Below are positions 1 to 10,185 of a stretch of DNA of 64,000 nucleotides, piece by piece (positions within the stretch are counted from its first letter, which is position 1; the number at the start of each line of letters is the position of its first letter). A model generated the notes under the pieces. The model saw only the letters and a list, made by a program, of their open reading frames with translations. It was not told the DNA's origin and ran no database searches. Source of the DNA: Candidatus Saccharimonadales bacterium (GTDB lineage Bacteria; Patescibacteriota; Saccharimonadia; Saccharimonadales; JAYRRP01); NCBI GenBank assembly GCA_041906765.1, contig JAYRIP010000003.1, positions 94,760-158,759 on the forward strand. Direction: 5' to 3'. Position numbers and translations under genes: made by a program.

Positions 1-843
1 CATGGCTGCTTCTTCCAGGGTGAGGTCTTTGGCAGACTTATCAAAGTAGTCACGAGCGGCTGCTTCCACTCCATATTCAATTCCGCCATAAGGGGCCGTG
101 TTTAGGTAGCCGGTAAGTATTTCTTGCTTTGTATATGTTCTTTCTAGCTCAACAGATAAAATAAGCTCTTTTACTTTACGAGTGTAGCTGCGGTCACGGC
201 TCCAGTTTTGAGTGAGTTTCACCAGCTGCTGAGTGATAGTTGAACCACCTTGAGTGGTGCCGGAGTTTCCAAAGAAATTGTTCCAGCCGGCTCGGATTAT
301 ACCGCGCGTATCAAAGCCACCGTGTTTAAAGAAGTCCTTGTCTTCGACGGCAACTGTTGCATCCTTGACATACTGAGAGATCTCGGTGTCTTTTACCGGA
401 ATACGTTTTACGGCATCGTAATCTTCCCATAATAAGGTTTGCCCGGAACGATCATAATACCGCATACTCCCCCCGATATTACTTCCAGAAATATCTTTCA
501 GGTTGGGAAGATCTTTACGGAAGTAGGCGAATACCCCAATAAGCAACAGAAAGCCTACGGCGAAACCTATCCCTAAGACTTTGAGTGCCATAATGGCGCC
601 ATCGCGGCTAAACCAGTATTTGGCTAAGTGTCGGGGCTGCAGCCGGTAAAAGAACCTTTTAAGACGTGTCTTTGGCAATCCGGCCAACCGTTTAGCCTTG
701 CGCTGGGCACGTTCATCTTTGCGGGCAATTACCCGCTCGGCCAAACTACGGTGTACTTTAATAACCTTACCGCTTTTGGTAACAAAGTGATTCCTACTGA
801 CCCGGCGAGATTGCTTACCGGGTTGCCCTCTAAAAGCGTTCAT
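1..843 (-). CDS. Penicillin-binding protein 1A-type, N-terminal part (membrane anchor plus GT51 transglycosylase); the 3' end lies beyond the window
   Basis: Hand translation of the reverse strand from ATG (complement of 841-843) gives MNAFRGQPGKQSRR... It contains a TM segment ALKVLGIGFAVGFLLLIGVFAYF and the GT51 motifs EDKDFFKHGGFD and GGSTITQQLVK. The frame stays open to position 1. It is absent from the ORF track because it is truncated. Confidence 0.85.
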   Translation of the reverse strand, partial: MNAFRGQPGKQSRRVSRNHFVTKSGKVIKVHRSLAERVIARKDERAQRKAKRLAGLPKTRLKRFFYRLQPRHLAKYWFSRDGAIMALKVLGIGFAVGFLLLIGVFAYFRKDLPNLKDISGSNIGGSMRYYDRSGQTLLWEDYDAVKRIPVKDTEISQYVKDATVAVEDKDFFKHGGFDTRGIIRAGWNNFFGNSGTTQGGSTITQQLVKLTQNWSRDRSYTRKVKELILSVELERTYTKQEILTGYLNTAPYGGIEYGVEAAARDYFDKSAKDLTLEEAAM

Positions 844-963
844 TAATGTATCTTTGATAACTCCTTCAAGCTCATAACTATTATAGCAAATTAACCGCCT
901 TCGCAAACCATTTGCCACAAGCACTACATAGGGGTTATTTGACTGAGGTATACTTAACTTATT

Positions 964-2214
964 ATGAGTAACATGAAATTATCCGAAGAATTGGTCTGGC
1001 GCGGCATGGTCGAGCATTCGACACTCACTACCTTGGAGATCCTAGATACTTCTCAAGAGGTTTTTTATCATGGCTATGATGCCTCTGCTGACTCGCAGAC
1101 TATTGGCAACCTGGGTGCGTTAATGATGGACCGCTTGTTTTTACGTCATGGTTGGAAAGGGATTATTTTAATGGGTGGGGCAACCAGCCTTATCGGCGAC
1201 CCGGGCGGGAAAGATACTGAAAGACCATTGCAGAATGAGGATACGGTAGCCGAAAATATAAAGAAATCAACCACTCAACTTCAGCAGATTCTATCAGGGC
1301 TAGAAGTAAAATTTGTAAATAATCTTGACTGGATTCAAGAAATGACAGTCATAAAGTTCTTGCGAGACATAGGCAAGCATTTTAGTATGACCCCACTCCT
1401 GCAACGCGATTACATTGCTCAGCGGATTGGCTCCCAAGGGAGCGGCATAAGCTATACCGAATTTAGCTATACCTTACTGCAAGGATTGGATTATTTACAC
1501 TTATTTGACCACGAAGGGGTGACGCTACAATTAGGTGGATCTGATCAGTGGGGTAATTGCCTGTCGGGAGTTGAACTTATACGCCGGGCAAGGGGTAAGG
1601 AAGTGCACGTGCTTGCTCATCCTCTCATTGTGAACCGTTCAACCGGAAAAAAATTCGGTAAAAGCGAAGCTGGAGCCATTTGGTTGGATTCGCAAAAAAC
1701 CACCGTATATGACTTTTATCAATTCTGGCTCAATGTGGATGATGACAGTGTGGAAGACTACCTAAAGAAATTTACTGAGATTAATCGTGATGAACTTGAA
1801 TCGTTAATGCAACAGTTTAATGCTGATAAGGCAGGACGGACAGCACAAAAGAAACTGGCTTATGAAGTAACCAAACTGGTTCACGGGAACGATGCTGCCG
1901 AAAAGGCCAGCCAAAGCAGCCGAACTCTCTTTACAAAACCGAATTACCAGCAGTTTCATGTGGATGACTTTGAAAGCCTGCACTTATCACAATACCAGTT
2001 TGCAGCTGGCACATCGCTGGTGCAGGTGCTGGTTGAAACTGGTTTGGCGAGTTCGAATACTGAAGCAAGAAGATTCCTGCAAGACGGAGCTGTCTATATA
2101 AATGATGCGCAAGTGGATCAGCAAAAAGTTATGTTAGAGGCGGGGGATTTTGTTCAGGGTTACGTGGTGCTGCGTCGGGGTAAAAACTCTCAAGTCCTTA
2201 TCAAAATGAAATAG
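964..2214 (+). CDS. tyrS: Tyrosyl-tRNA synthetase
   Basis: 416 aa. Class I aaRS with a HIGH-region variant (HGYDASADSQTIGN), the KMSKS-type loop KFGKS, and a C-terminal S4-like domain (EARRFLQDGAVYIN). Confidence 0.95.
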   Translation: MSNMKLSEELVWRGMVEHSTLTTLEILDTSQEVFYHGYDASADSQTIGNLGALMMDRLFLRHGWKGIILMGGATSLIGDPGGKDTERPLQNEDTVAENIKKSTTQLQQILSGLEVKFVNNLDWIQEMTVIKFLRDIGKHFSMTPLLQRDYIAQRIGSQGSGISYTEFSYTLLQGLDYLHLFDHEGVTLQLGGSDQWGNCLSGVELIRRARGKEVHVLAHPLIVNRSTGKKFGKSEAGAIWLDSQKTTVYDFYQFWLNVDDDSVEDYLKKFTEINRDELESLMQQFNADKAGRTAQKKLAYEVTKLVHGNDAAEKASQSSRTLFTKPNYQQFHVDDFESLHLSQYQFAAGTSLVQVLVETGLASSNTEARRFLQDGAVYINDAQVDQQKVMLEAGDFVQGYVVLRRGKNSQVLIKMK

Positions 2215-2229
2215 TGTATACTCCTTGCT

Positions 2230-3048
2230 ATGCCACGAAAAACTGTAAATCCAAGAAAAACAACGCACTCAGCTTTTGACGCTGAAATGGCATTTGCAAA
2301 ACGGGCAGATCAGTATAATGACCCCTCTCATAACTATCTGCATTACTGGCAGGGCCGTGATTACGAAAACGAGGCAGAAGTCATGGCACTTCGGCGTTTA
2401 TTGAAGAATAGACGTTTTCACCATGCAGTAGATATAGGTGGAGGTTATGGCCGTTTATGTGTGTTACTGGCTGAATATGCCGATCATGTAACGTTGGCGG
2501 AACCATCTCGTCAACAATTGGATATCGCCAAGACTTTTTTACAGGATTACCCCGCTATTGAACAAAAATTAATGCAAGCTGACGATCTAAAATTTAAAGA
2601 CGGTTCGGTTGATTTGATAACTATGATACGTGTCATGCATCACCTGCCCGATCCCGGAACAGAGTTTAAAGAGATTCACCGCGTCCTAAACCGAAACGGT
2701 TACTTTATTCTTGAAATAGCCAACTATATTCATGCCCGGAACCGCATCAAACACTATTTACATGCCAAACGTTTGCCGCTGGAGCCAGTTGATATTCGAT
2801 CAGAAAAAAACAAGCGCAAAGATGAGATACAATTTGTCAACCACAATCCCAAAACGGTCATCAATCAGTTGGCGCACGCGGGCTTCAAAGTAGAACGGAT
2901 CCTGTCAGTATCTAACTTACGTTCACCTGCATTAAAAAAAGTGGTTCCTCGTTCGTTTATGCTGAACGTTGAAAAAGTTCTACAACCAACGCTGGCCCGC
3001 TCTTTTTTTGGCCCCAGTGTGTTCTTGCTCGTGAAGAAGGCAGCCTAA
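2230..3048 (+). CDS. Class I SAM-dependent methyltransferase
   Basis: 272 aa. Glycine-rich SAM-binding motif VDIGGGYGRL, followed by the Methyltransf_11/25-like pattern DLITMIRVMHHLPDP. Confidence 0.8.
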   Translation: MPRKTVNPRKTTHSAFDAEMAFAKRADQYNDPSHNYLHYWQGRDYENEAEVMALRRLLKNRRFHHAVDIGGGYGRLCVLLAEYADHVTLAEPSRQQLDIAKTFLQDYPAIEQKLMQADDLKFKDGSVDLITMIRVMHHLPDPGTEFKEIHRVLNRNGYFILEIANYIHARNRIKHYLHAKRLPLEPVDIRSEKNKRKDEIQFVNHNPKTVINQLAHAGFKVERILSVSNLRSPALKKVVPRSFMLNVEKVLQPTLARSFFGPSVFLLVKKAA

Positions 3049-3063
3049 GTTTATACTTAGGAC

Positions 3064-5103
3064 ATGGACATCGATAGCCCGTTAACGGCGTTGCAGGGGG
3101 TCGGGTCGGCATTGAGTGCAAAGTTTGCGCGCTTGGGTATTCGGACGGTACGTGATCTGCTAATGTATTATCCTCGCCGTTATGATGATTTCTCACACAC
3201 GGTAAAATTACGTGCCCTCAAACCTGGACAAGTAAGTACGAAAGCTGTAATTACTCAGGTGGTCGGGCGTTATGTCCGTGCTGGCCTGCATGTATGTGAA
3301 GCGCTCGTTAGTGATGATACCGGTAGTGCACGACTAGTTTGGTTTAATCAACCGTACCGTTTACACACTGTCAAAAAAAACCAGGAATATTTTATTGCCG
3401 GACAGTTTGGCTTAAAGAACAATCGCCTGGCGATCACAAACCCTTCAATTGAGCTGGCTAGCGAGATGCCGATTCACACAGCAAGAATTGTACCGATCTA
3501 TCGTGAGACAAAGGGCTTAACATCACCTCAGATACGTCGCACGTTACGTGCGGCCCAAGTTTTGATTCAGAATCTTCCGGAGACACTACCAGCGTGGATG
3601 GTGCGTCAATATAAGCTATTGCCCCGTGCTGAAGCGGTTTGGGCCGTCCATTTCCCCTCACGCACGGCACAACTGGAGATAGCACGTCGACGACTAGGTT
3701 TCGAAGAACTGTTAGAGCTTTGTCTGGCGGGTCTTATGAATCGACTTGATGTTGAATCTGTTGCTGCACGCAAAATACCATTCAATCAAACTCTAGCCCG
3801 CAAATTTGTATCTCATTTGCCGTTCCAGTTGACAGATGATCAACGCCGGGCAGTCTGGCAAATTTATCAGGATATGGATCGACCACGACCAATGAATCGG
3901 CTGGTCGAGGGAGATGTCGGGTCAGGAAAAACCGTTGTGGCAGCGATGGCTGCAGTGATGGCAATGGCTGAGGGTTTTCAAGTGGCTATGATGGCACCAA
4001 CTGAGCTGCTGGCGCGCCAACACGCGGATACGTTGCATACATTACTCAAACCGCTTGGGTATCATGAGTCGGTAAGCTTACTGGTCGGCGGTCTGAGCGC
4101 ATCAGCAAAGTTGTGCGCACACAAGGGAATAGCCGATGGAACCATTCGTCTTATAGTGGGTACTCACGCATTGGTACAGGAAAAGGTGGCCATGCCGGAC
4201 TTAGGGTTGGCAATTATTGACGAGCAGCATCGTTTTGGGGTAGATCAACGCCGAGCCTTGCAGGCAAAAGCCGGCACTGTACCGCATTTACTCAGTATGA
4301 CAGCAACTCCAATTCCGAGAAGTCTTGCACTAACAGTCTACGGTGAGCTTGAGGTGTCTATTTTAGCCATGAAGCCATCTAGTCGCAAACAAATAAAAAC
4401 TGCTCTCGTTACATTCAACGGGCGAGCAGATGTTTACAAAGAAATTGCCCAACAAGTCAGCAAAGGCAGACAGGCATTCGTGGTCTGCCCATCAATAGAA
4501 GCTGGTAACAATGCAACTGTGCGTCGTTCGGCACAGCAAACTTACCAAGAACTAACACAAGGGCTACTGGCTCGGTATAAAATTGGTTTGTTACATGGCA
4601 AGCTGAAGACAGCAGATAAGAACCAAATAATGCAACAGTTCGTGGATGGCAAATTGGATGTGCTGGTTGCAACTACTGTGATAGAGGTAGGGGTAGATGT
4701 GCCAAATGCGACATCAATGGTGATCGAGAATGCTGATTATTTTGGCTTGGCGCAGCTACATCAATTGCGAGGACGCATCGGGCGTGGTCACCACCAGGGT
4801 TATTGTTATTTGGTTACCAGTGATACTGGTTTACCCAGCCCACGATTAAATGCTATTGCTACTTCGACAGACGGGTTTAAGCTAGCAGAACTTGACCTAC
4901 GTCTCAGAGGCCCTGGGGCAATTTATGGAACACTACAGCACGGTCAACTGGATTTACGTATCGCAACTTTGACTGATGTCCACCTGATTGCTGAGGCTCG
5001 TTCGGCGGCTCATGAGTTTATCAATCGTGGACACACTCTGTTACAATATAAAGAACTGGGCACAAGGGTGACCCGCTTTCGCCAAATCACTACTTTGAAC
5101 TAA
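3064..5103 (+). CDS. recG: ATP-dependent DNA helicase RecG
   Basis: 679 aa. N-terminal wedge region plus SF2 helicase motifs GDVGSGKT, IIDEQHRFG, MTATPIPR and QLHQLRGRIGRG. Confidence 0.95.
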   Translation: MDIDSPLTALQGVGSALSAKFARLGIRTVRDLLMYYPRRYDDFSHTVKLRALKPGQVSTKAVITQVVGRYVRAGLHVCEALVSDDTGSARLVWFNQPYRLHTVKKNQEYFIAGQFGLKNNRLAITNPSIELASEMPIHTARIVPIYRETKGLTSPQIRRTLRAAQVLIQNLPETLPAWMVRQYKLLPRAEAVWAVHFPSRTAQLEIARRRLGFEELLELCLAGLMNRLDVESVAARKIPFNQTLARKFVSHLPFQLTDDQRRAVWQIYQDMDRPRPMNRLVEGDVGSGKTVVAAMAAVMAMAEGFQVAMMAPTELLARQHADTLHTLLKPLGYHESVSLLVGGLSASAKLCAHKGIADGTIRLIVGTHALVQEKVAMPDLGLAIIDEQHRFGVDQRRALQAKAGTVPHLLSMTATPIPRSLALTVYGELEVSILAMKPSSRKQIKTALVTFNGRADVYKEIAQQVSKGRQAFVVCPSIEAGNNATVRRSAQQTYQELTQGLLARYKIGLLHGKLKTADKNQIMQQFVDGKLDVLVATTVIEVGVDVPNATSMVIENADYFGLAQLHQLRGRIGRGHHQGYCYLVTSDTGLPSPRLNAIATSTDGFKLAELDLRLRGPGAIYGTLQHGQLDLRIATLTDVHLIAEARSAAHEFINRGHTLLQYKELGTRVTRFRQITTLN

Positions 5104-5109
5104 ATAAAT

Positions 5110-5934
5110 ATGTATTCAGGCACCACATTAACTCCTTTGTCGGGTCGTGTCATTGGGGCACACCAAAAAATCGATCGCATCGCACGACGACACCTGACTA
5201 AGATTGCCAAAAGTAACCGGCAGTTTCCGGCGATACGCCAAATTTTACATTTTGAGGGGCATAACGGCCCTGATGCTATTAAACGAAAGAGTCCGGCGAA
5301 GGACGAGCCCTGGCACTTCTATAGCCCTTTTAATGAGGACGATTCACAGTTGCTCGAACTTATTGATGACCATTACCAATTGCTTGTCACTCACTTGCAA
5401 AAAGGGAATGGTGAACGTGCTGCATTTGAGGCTGCTTGGCTTGCTCATGCCATTGTAGATGGCCTGACACCGGCCCACCATTATCCATATGAAGAGAAAT
5501 TAGTTGAGTTACGTGGAGGCAAGACCAACGCCTCGCGCGACAGCATTAAGAAAAAACTTGTTATCTCTGGTCAAACACCACGTCAGCGTGTTAAAAACAA
5601 TTGGAAAGTTTGGGGACCTAAAGGGCTACTGACCACTCATGGTATGTTTGAACTTGGTATTGCGACATTAATTGCACCGATGACTTTTTCGGATACTTTG
5701 CCAGTTATTCCTCAGCTTAAAACGGCTGTCCGGATAGGTCCGGTGGAATGGTTCAAACGAGCTGCCCGGGAGATTGCCGTATTGGATATGTATGAGCGTT
5801 ATTACAAGCGTGGTTGGACCGCCAAGCTTAGTCTAGACGTAAGACACAAACTGGCGCCGACTATTATCCGAGCGGTAGCGCTCGCATGGTATTGTGCACT
5901 TATTGATGCTGGATTAGAGGCCAAACCAGAGTGA
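5110..5934 (+). CDS. Hypothetical protein with His-rich, possibly metal-binding motifs
   Basis: 274-aa ORF packed between recG and rsmD, with a GTGA start/stop overlap with rsmD. The motifs HFEGHNGPD and AHAIVDGLTPAHH are reminiscent of Zn-dependent phospholipase C / P1 nuclease folds. Function is not established. Confidence 0.6.
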   Translation: MYSGTTLTPLSGRVIGAHQKIDRIARRHLTKIAKSNRQFPAIRQILHFEGHNGPDAIKRKSPAKDEPWHFYSPFNEDDSQLLELIDDHYQLLVTHLQKGNGERAAFEAAWLAHAIVDGLTPAHHYPYEEKLVELRGGKTNASRDSIKKKLVISGQTPRQRVKNNWKVWGPKGLLTTHGMFELGIATLIAPMTFSDTLPVIPQLKTAVRIGPVEWFKRAAREIAVLDMYERYYKRGWTAKLSLDVRHKLAPTIIRAVALAWYCALIDAGLEAKPE

Positions 5935-6470
5935 AAGTAGCCGCCGGCAAACTTAAGGGGAGGCTGTTTACTGCACCTCCTGGATCACGGACACATCCAA
6001 TGGCTGAAAGAGTACGCAGTGCGCTCTTCAATGCATTAGGTGACATTGAAGACTTACGGGTACTTGATGCTTTTGCCGGTTCCGGCGCGTTAGGCTTTGA
6101 AGCGCTGAGTCGCGGAGCCCACTTTGTATTGGCTATAGATATTGACCGGCGAGCACAAGAAACCATTGCCCAAAATAGAAAAAAGTTAGGCATTACACCC
6201 GCGCATTTTCGGCTCATAAAAGCAAATGCTGCAAGCTGGTCAGAGCGCAATGCAGGTGAAACATTTGACATTGTATTTGTTGCTCCGCCATATGATCATC
6301 TGCAGCTTCCTTTAATTCAACGTCTGGCAGTACATGTTAATAAAGACGGTTTGCTTGTACTGGATTGGCCTGGCAGTCAACGTTTACCTGCCATCGAGGA
6401 CCTGCAGTTAATTCGTGACAAATCTTACGGTGACGCGCAACTAGGCTTCTATAGGCGTGGGAATCGCTAG
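5931..6470 (+). CDS. rsmD: 16S rRNA (guanine966-N2)-methyltransferase RsmD
   Basis: 179 aa with a GTG start. Motifs VLDAFAGSGALGFEALSRGA and DIVFVAPPY are typical of RsmD. Confidence 0.88.
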   Translation: MKVAAGKLKGRLFTAPPGSRTHPMAERVRSALFNALGDIEDLRVLDAFAGSGALGFEALSRGAHFVLAIDIDRRAQETIAQNRKKLGITPAHFRLIKANAASWSERNAGETFDIVFVAPPYDHLQLPLIQRLAVHVNKDGLLVLDWPGSQRLPAIEDLQLIRDKSYGDAQLGFYRRGNR

Positions 6471-6507
6471 AACTTGAACTATTTATTGCGTACAATGTAG
6501 GAGACAT

Positions 6508-6592
6508 GGGCGAGTGGTGGAATTGGTAGACACGCATGCCTTAGGAGCATGTACCGCAAGGTGTGGAGGTTCAAGTCCTCTCTCGCCCACCA
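6508..6592 (+). tRNA. tRNA-Leu(TAG), type II with a long variable arm and encoded CCA
   Basis: Hand fold: acceptor GGGCGAG/CTCGCCC; anticodon stem CATGC/GCATG with loop CTTAGGA; variable arm TACCGCAAGGTGT; T arm GGAGG-TTCAAGT-CCTCT; discriminator A plus CCA. Confidence 0.9.
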
Positions 6593-6652
6593 TAGTTAAG
6601 CTTATAACCAGACTTAAAAGTGGAAGACTAGCCTCACGAAATTCGTTAGAGT

Positions 6653-7975
6653 ATGCTAATGAGTAATATGGCCTTACCGATACAGCCCTATAAAGGCGCC
6701 CGTGATTTTTATCCGTCGGACAAGCGACTGCAGAAGTACTTGTTTAAGACAATGCGCCAGGTTGTTGAGAAATACGGGTACGAGGAATACGATGCTCCTT
6801 TGCTCGAGCCGATTGAGCTGTATCTTGCTAAAACCAGTGAAGAAATTGTGCATGAGCAAACCTATGTGTTTCGTGATCGAGGTGGCCGTGATGTAGTAAT
6901 TCGACCGGAGATGACCCCAAGTGTAAGCCGTATGGTGGCGGCCAAGCGTCAGGAACTCGCTTATCCGTTGCGACTGTATAGCCTGCCGAACCTGTGGCGT
7001 TATGAGCGACCTCAACGGGGACGGTTAAGGGAACATTGGCAACTGAACGTAGATCTTTTTGGCGTTGAAGGTATTGAAGCTGAACATGAAATGATCATGC
7101 TGGCTACAGAACTATTGTCAGCCTTTGGTGCACGTAGCTCAATGTATACCATTAAGGTAAATAGTAGGAAGCTCACCAAGGACTTACTGTCAGGCTATCT
7201 CGGTCTTAGTGAGGTTGAACAAGCAACTATGACCCGCTTACTTGATAAAAAAGACAAGCTTACACACGCGGAATTTACCGCTCAAGCAGAAGCAATATTT
7301 TCTCCTTCTGCTCGTGAAGCTGACAAGCCAGCACGATTATTTGAGTTATTACAGGTAAAATCACTCAATGAACTACCTGAAACTCTACGGGCAAATAAGG
7401 GTGCCGTAGCTCTGCAGCGTGTATTGGAGATGACGCAGGCCACCGGTATTGAAAATGTTAACTTTGACATCGCTCTTATGCGAGGGTTTGATTACTATAC
7501 CGATATTGTGTTTGAAGTGTTTGATAATGATCCTGCCAATAAACGCAGTTTATTTGGTGGTGGTCGCTATGACGGATTGGTGGCCCAGTTTGGCGTTGAA
7601 CCCGTGGCTACCGTTGGGTTTGGTGTTGGTGATGTTATCTTGGCAGATTTTTTGGCAACACATAATCTTATACCGGACTTGCCATTGGATATTGACGCCG
7701 CAGTGGTTCTCATTGGCGATATTTATATGCACGCACAACCCTTGCTGCATAAATTACGTAAGAGTGGCTTGTGTCTGGCAGTCGACATGACAGCCCGCAA
7801 AGCCGCTGTCCAGATAAAACACGTAGTTAAACGCGGTTTGCCCTATGTTATTTTCATTGGTGAATCAGAACTTGAAGATGGACGATTTACACTAAAGGAT
7901 CTAAGGAGTGGTGAGGAGCAACAACTAAGTCCGGAGCGGCTTGTTTCTACTATCAAGGATTTCCGTACACGATGA
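6653..7975 (+). CDS. hisS: Histidyl-tRNA synthetase
   Basis: 440 aa class II aaRS. Motifs PYKGARDFYP, FRDRGGRDVVIRPEMTPS, RYERPQRGRLREHWQ and GGGRYD. In-frame alternative ATG starts at 6659 and 6668. Confidence 0.93.
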   Translation: MLMSNMALPIQPYKGARDFYPSDKRLQKYLFKTMRQVVEKYGYEEYDAPLLEPIELYLAKTSEEIVHEQTYVFRDRGGRDVVIRPEMTPSVSRMVAAKRQELAYPLRLYSLPNLWRYERPQRGRLREHWQLNVDLFGVEGIEAEHEMIMLATELLSAFGARSSMYTIKVNSRKLTKDLLSGYLGLSEVEQATMTRLLDKKDKLTHAEFTAQAEAIFSPSAREADKPARLFELLQVKSLNELPETLRANKGAVALQRVLEMTQATGIENVNFDIALMRGFDYYTDIVFEVFDNDPANKRSLFGGGRYDGLVAQFGVEPVATVGFGVGDVILADFLATHNLIPDLPLDIDAAVVLIGDIYMHAQPLLHKLRKSGLCLAVDMTARKAAVQIKHVVKRGLPYVIFIGESELEDGRFTLKDLRSGEEQQLSPERLVSTIKDFRTR

Positions 7976-8427
7976 CGGCAACGAATCATACGGTAACCGG
8001 CATGGCAATCGCAGCAGCAGTTGGCAATCCTTGGTTGGCTTTGCCGCTTGCGTTTGCTTCACACTTTGTACTTGATGCAATACCACATTTCGGCAACCAT
8101 GCCGTTATTAACAAGCAGGTGCGTGTGTTTAGTATTTTTCTGAGTGCAGATATGGCCGTGGCCGCTGCATTATTGTTAAGTGTTATCTTTTTGGCACCAG
8201 CAAATATGTGGATGATTGTCGCAGGGGGCGTTATCGCCGCTAGCCCGGATCTCATGTGGATACCTGAATACCTTGCAATGCTCAAAGGTCAAGCTCAAGC
8301 CAAAGGGGGCACGATCAAAACCTTCCACAGCCGATTGCAACGGGAGATGCCTAGTGCATTTGTGATTGAGGCAGCTTGGTTTGTAGGGATGTCTACTCTT
8401 CTGCTTTGGCTCATGCAACCAGTATGA
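7972..8427 (+). CDS. Small integral membrane protein (weak YdjM-like H..D..PH motif)
   Basis: 151 aa with about four hydrophobic segments. The ATGA start overlaps the hisS stop. Motif SHFVLDAIPHFG. Confidence 0.55.
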   Translation: MTATNHTVTGMAIAAAVGNPWLALPLAFASHFVLDAIPHFGNHAVINKQVRVFSIFLSADMAVAAALLLSVIFLAPANMWMIVAGGVIAASPDLMWIPEYLAMLKGQAQAKGGTIKTFHSRLQREMPSAFVIEAAWFVGMSTLLLWLMQPV

Positions 8428-8466
8428 GGATTATGTCCAGGCGGTATTCTGTTATAGTGTGTGACC

Positions 8467-9747
8467 ATGCGTGTACAAAAGAACCAACCATCTGCCACAA
8501 GACTGGTCCTTCAGATTACAGTCTCTGGCCAGGAGCTACTATCGATAAAGCAAAGGGTCGTTAAAAGCCAGGCGACCGGCGTAACAGTGCCGGGTTTCCG
8601 AGCAGGTCATGCACCGCTTGATTTAGTCGAAAAACGGCTCGACCCCATCAAACTGCAAACAGAAGTTGTTCAAGAAGCAGTAAGCCATTTTTATAGTCAG
8701 ATTCTTCGTCAAGATGACATACGGCCGGTAACTGAGCCAGAGATAAGTATGCGTAGATTCGTCCCCTACAACGAACTTGAGTTTGAAGTGGGAATTGATG
8801 TATTTGGCAAGCTGCATATGCCGGAAATTAAAAAGTTAAATGTCCCCAAAGAACAAGTTGTTGTGACAGCAAAAGATGTAAATGAGGTAGTGCATTCTTT
8901 GCAGTGCCGGCAGGCAAAAAACAAAGAAATGAAACGGGCAGCCAAAAAAAATGACGAAGTAGTAATAGATTTTCAAGGTAAAAATAGTGACGGTAAATTA
9001 CTAAAAGGCGCGGAAGGAAAAGACTATCCTTTGCAACTTGGCAGCAAAACATTTATTCCAGGTTTTGAAGAGGCGATTATCGGCATGAAATCAGGAGATA
9101 CCAAGTCTTTTGATGTCCGTTTCCCAAAGGATTATCGGGTTGGGCATTTACGCAGCCAAAAGGTTCACTTTGAAATAAAATTAAAGAAGGTGCATGAGGT
9201 AGAGCTACCAGAACTTGATGATGACTTTGCTGTTGCGGCTGGACCTTTTGCTAATTTGTCAGAACTAAAAGAAGACATTAAAAAACAACTGTCACTTGAG
9301 CGCCAACTAGAAGTTCAACAAAAATATGAGCAAGAACTGCTTGAAGAAGTTGCTAAAGCATTGGTCGTAGAGATTCCACCCAAATTAGTTGACGAGCAGA
9401 GCGAACAACTTGAAAAAGATGAGCGCGCTCGACTTGTACAACAGGGAGTCACCTGGCAAGAGCATTTATCTTCAGAAGCGGTCACTGAACAGGAACACCA
9501 CCAACGACAACGACGCCATGCTGAACAAGCAATTAAGATAAGTCTAGTGCTGAGTGAAGTGGTTGAAAGTCAAAAAATTGACATAACTGATGATGAAATC
9601 GAGACGAGGCTTACACTGCTCAGAGGTCAATATAACGATCCAGCAATGCAAAATGAACTTAATAAGCCGGAAAACAGGCGTCAGATCGCATGGCGTCTCC
9701 GCAATGAAAAAGCCCTGCAGGCACTTGTGAAATTACATAGTTCATGA
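8467..9747 (+). CDS. tig: Trigger factor
   Basis: N-terminal ribosome-binding signature PGFRAGHAP and FKBP-type core FIPGFEEAIIGMKSGD. The ORF track starts at GTG 8461; ATG 8467 (MRVQK...) is more likely. Confidence 0.92.
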   Translation: MRVQKNQPSATRLVLQITVSGQELLSIKQRVVKSQATGVTVPGFRAGHAPLDLVEKRLDPIKLQTEVVQEAVSHFYSQILRQDDIRPVTEPEISMRRFVPYNELEFEVGIDVFGKLHMPEIKKLNVPKEQVVVTAKDVNEVVHSLQCRQAKNKEMKRAAKKNDEVVIDFQGKNSDGKLLKGAEGKDYPLQLGSKTFIPGFEEAIIGMKSGDTKSFDVRFPKDYRVGHLRSQKVHFEIKLKKVHEVELPELDDDFAVAAGPFANLSELKEDIKKQLSLERQLEVQQKYEQELLEEVAKALVVEIPPKLVDEQSEQLEKDERARLVQQGVTWQEHLSSEAVTEQEHHQRQRRHAEQAIKISLVLSEVVESQKIDITDDEIETRLTLLRGQYNDPAMQNELNKPENRRQIAWRLRNEKALQALVKLHSS

Positions 9748-9817
9748 TTTTATTTGTTTGCATGTAGATTACACAGTGAAATACAGTAGTTGATATGCAA
9801 CAAAAATAAGCAAGTAC

Positions 9818-10162
9818 GTGATGAGACGATATAAACACGGCGAGGGATTATATTTTGAGAGTGAAGTCGAATTAAACGTAGTAACTGCCGCATTGCAGTC
9901 CGCCCGAATCGATGAAGAGCTTCAAGATACACACGCAAACTTGTTGAAATTTTTTGAAGAGATTCAATTACAGCGATCAAACTTGCCTGAGAGCACTTAT
10001 CGAGGTGGTATTAGTATGATCGGTCAAGAAGAGATGGTGGCGTTGGATGCAATTAAACAATTTTCGCAAACCCATTTTGACTATACTGTCGGCATGCTAG
10101 CAGGAGAAATGATTGATGATTTCAGCGCTTGGGAAACAAATAGGCTGAATAAAGAATGTTAG
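9818..10162 (+). CDS. Hypothetical acidic protein
   Basis: 114-aa ORF between tig and clpP with no motif I recognise. Its stop codon lies inside the CIRCE element. Confidence 0.45.
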   Translation: MMRRYKHGEGLYFESEVELNVVTAALQSARIDEELQDTHANLLKFFEEIQLQRSNLPESTYRGGISMIGQEEMVALDAIKQFSQTHFDYTVGMLAGEMIDDFSAWETNRLNKEC

Positions 10163-10185
10163 CACTCTTGACGTTAGAGTGCTAG
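10159..10185 (+). promoter_or_regulatory. CIRCE-type inverted repeat (HrcA operator) upstream of clpP
   Basis: TTAGCACTC-ttgacgtta-GAGTGCTAg matches the consensus TTAGCACTC-N9-GAGTGCTAA at 17 of 18 positions. It lies 18 nt upstream of the clpP ATG region. Confidence 0.75.

Noticed and set aside
250-846. Plus-strand track ORFs 250-432 and 628-846.
   Set aside because: They lie antisense to a clearly recognisable PBP1A/GT51 gene (minus strand, 1-843) and have no motifs. They are shadow ORFs.
846-963. A T-box riboswitch upstream of tyrS, also considered upstream of hisS (6593-6652) and trpS (39482-39660).
   Set aside because: The leaders are only about 60-180 nt. I could find no T-box consensus (…GGGTGGNACCGCG…) or specifier-loop architecture.
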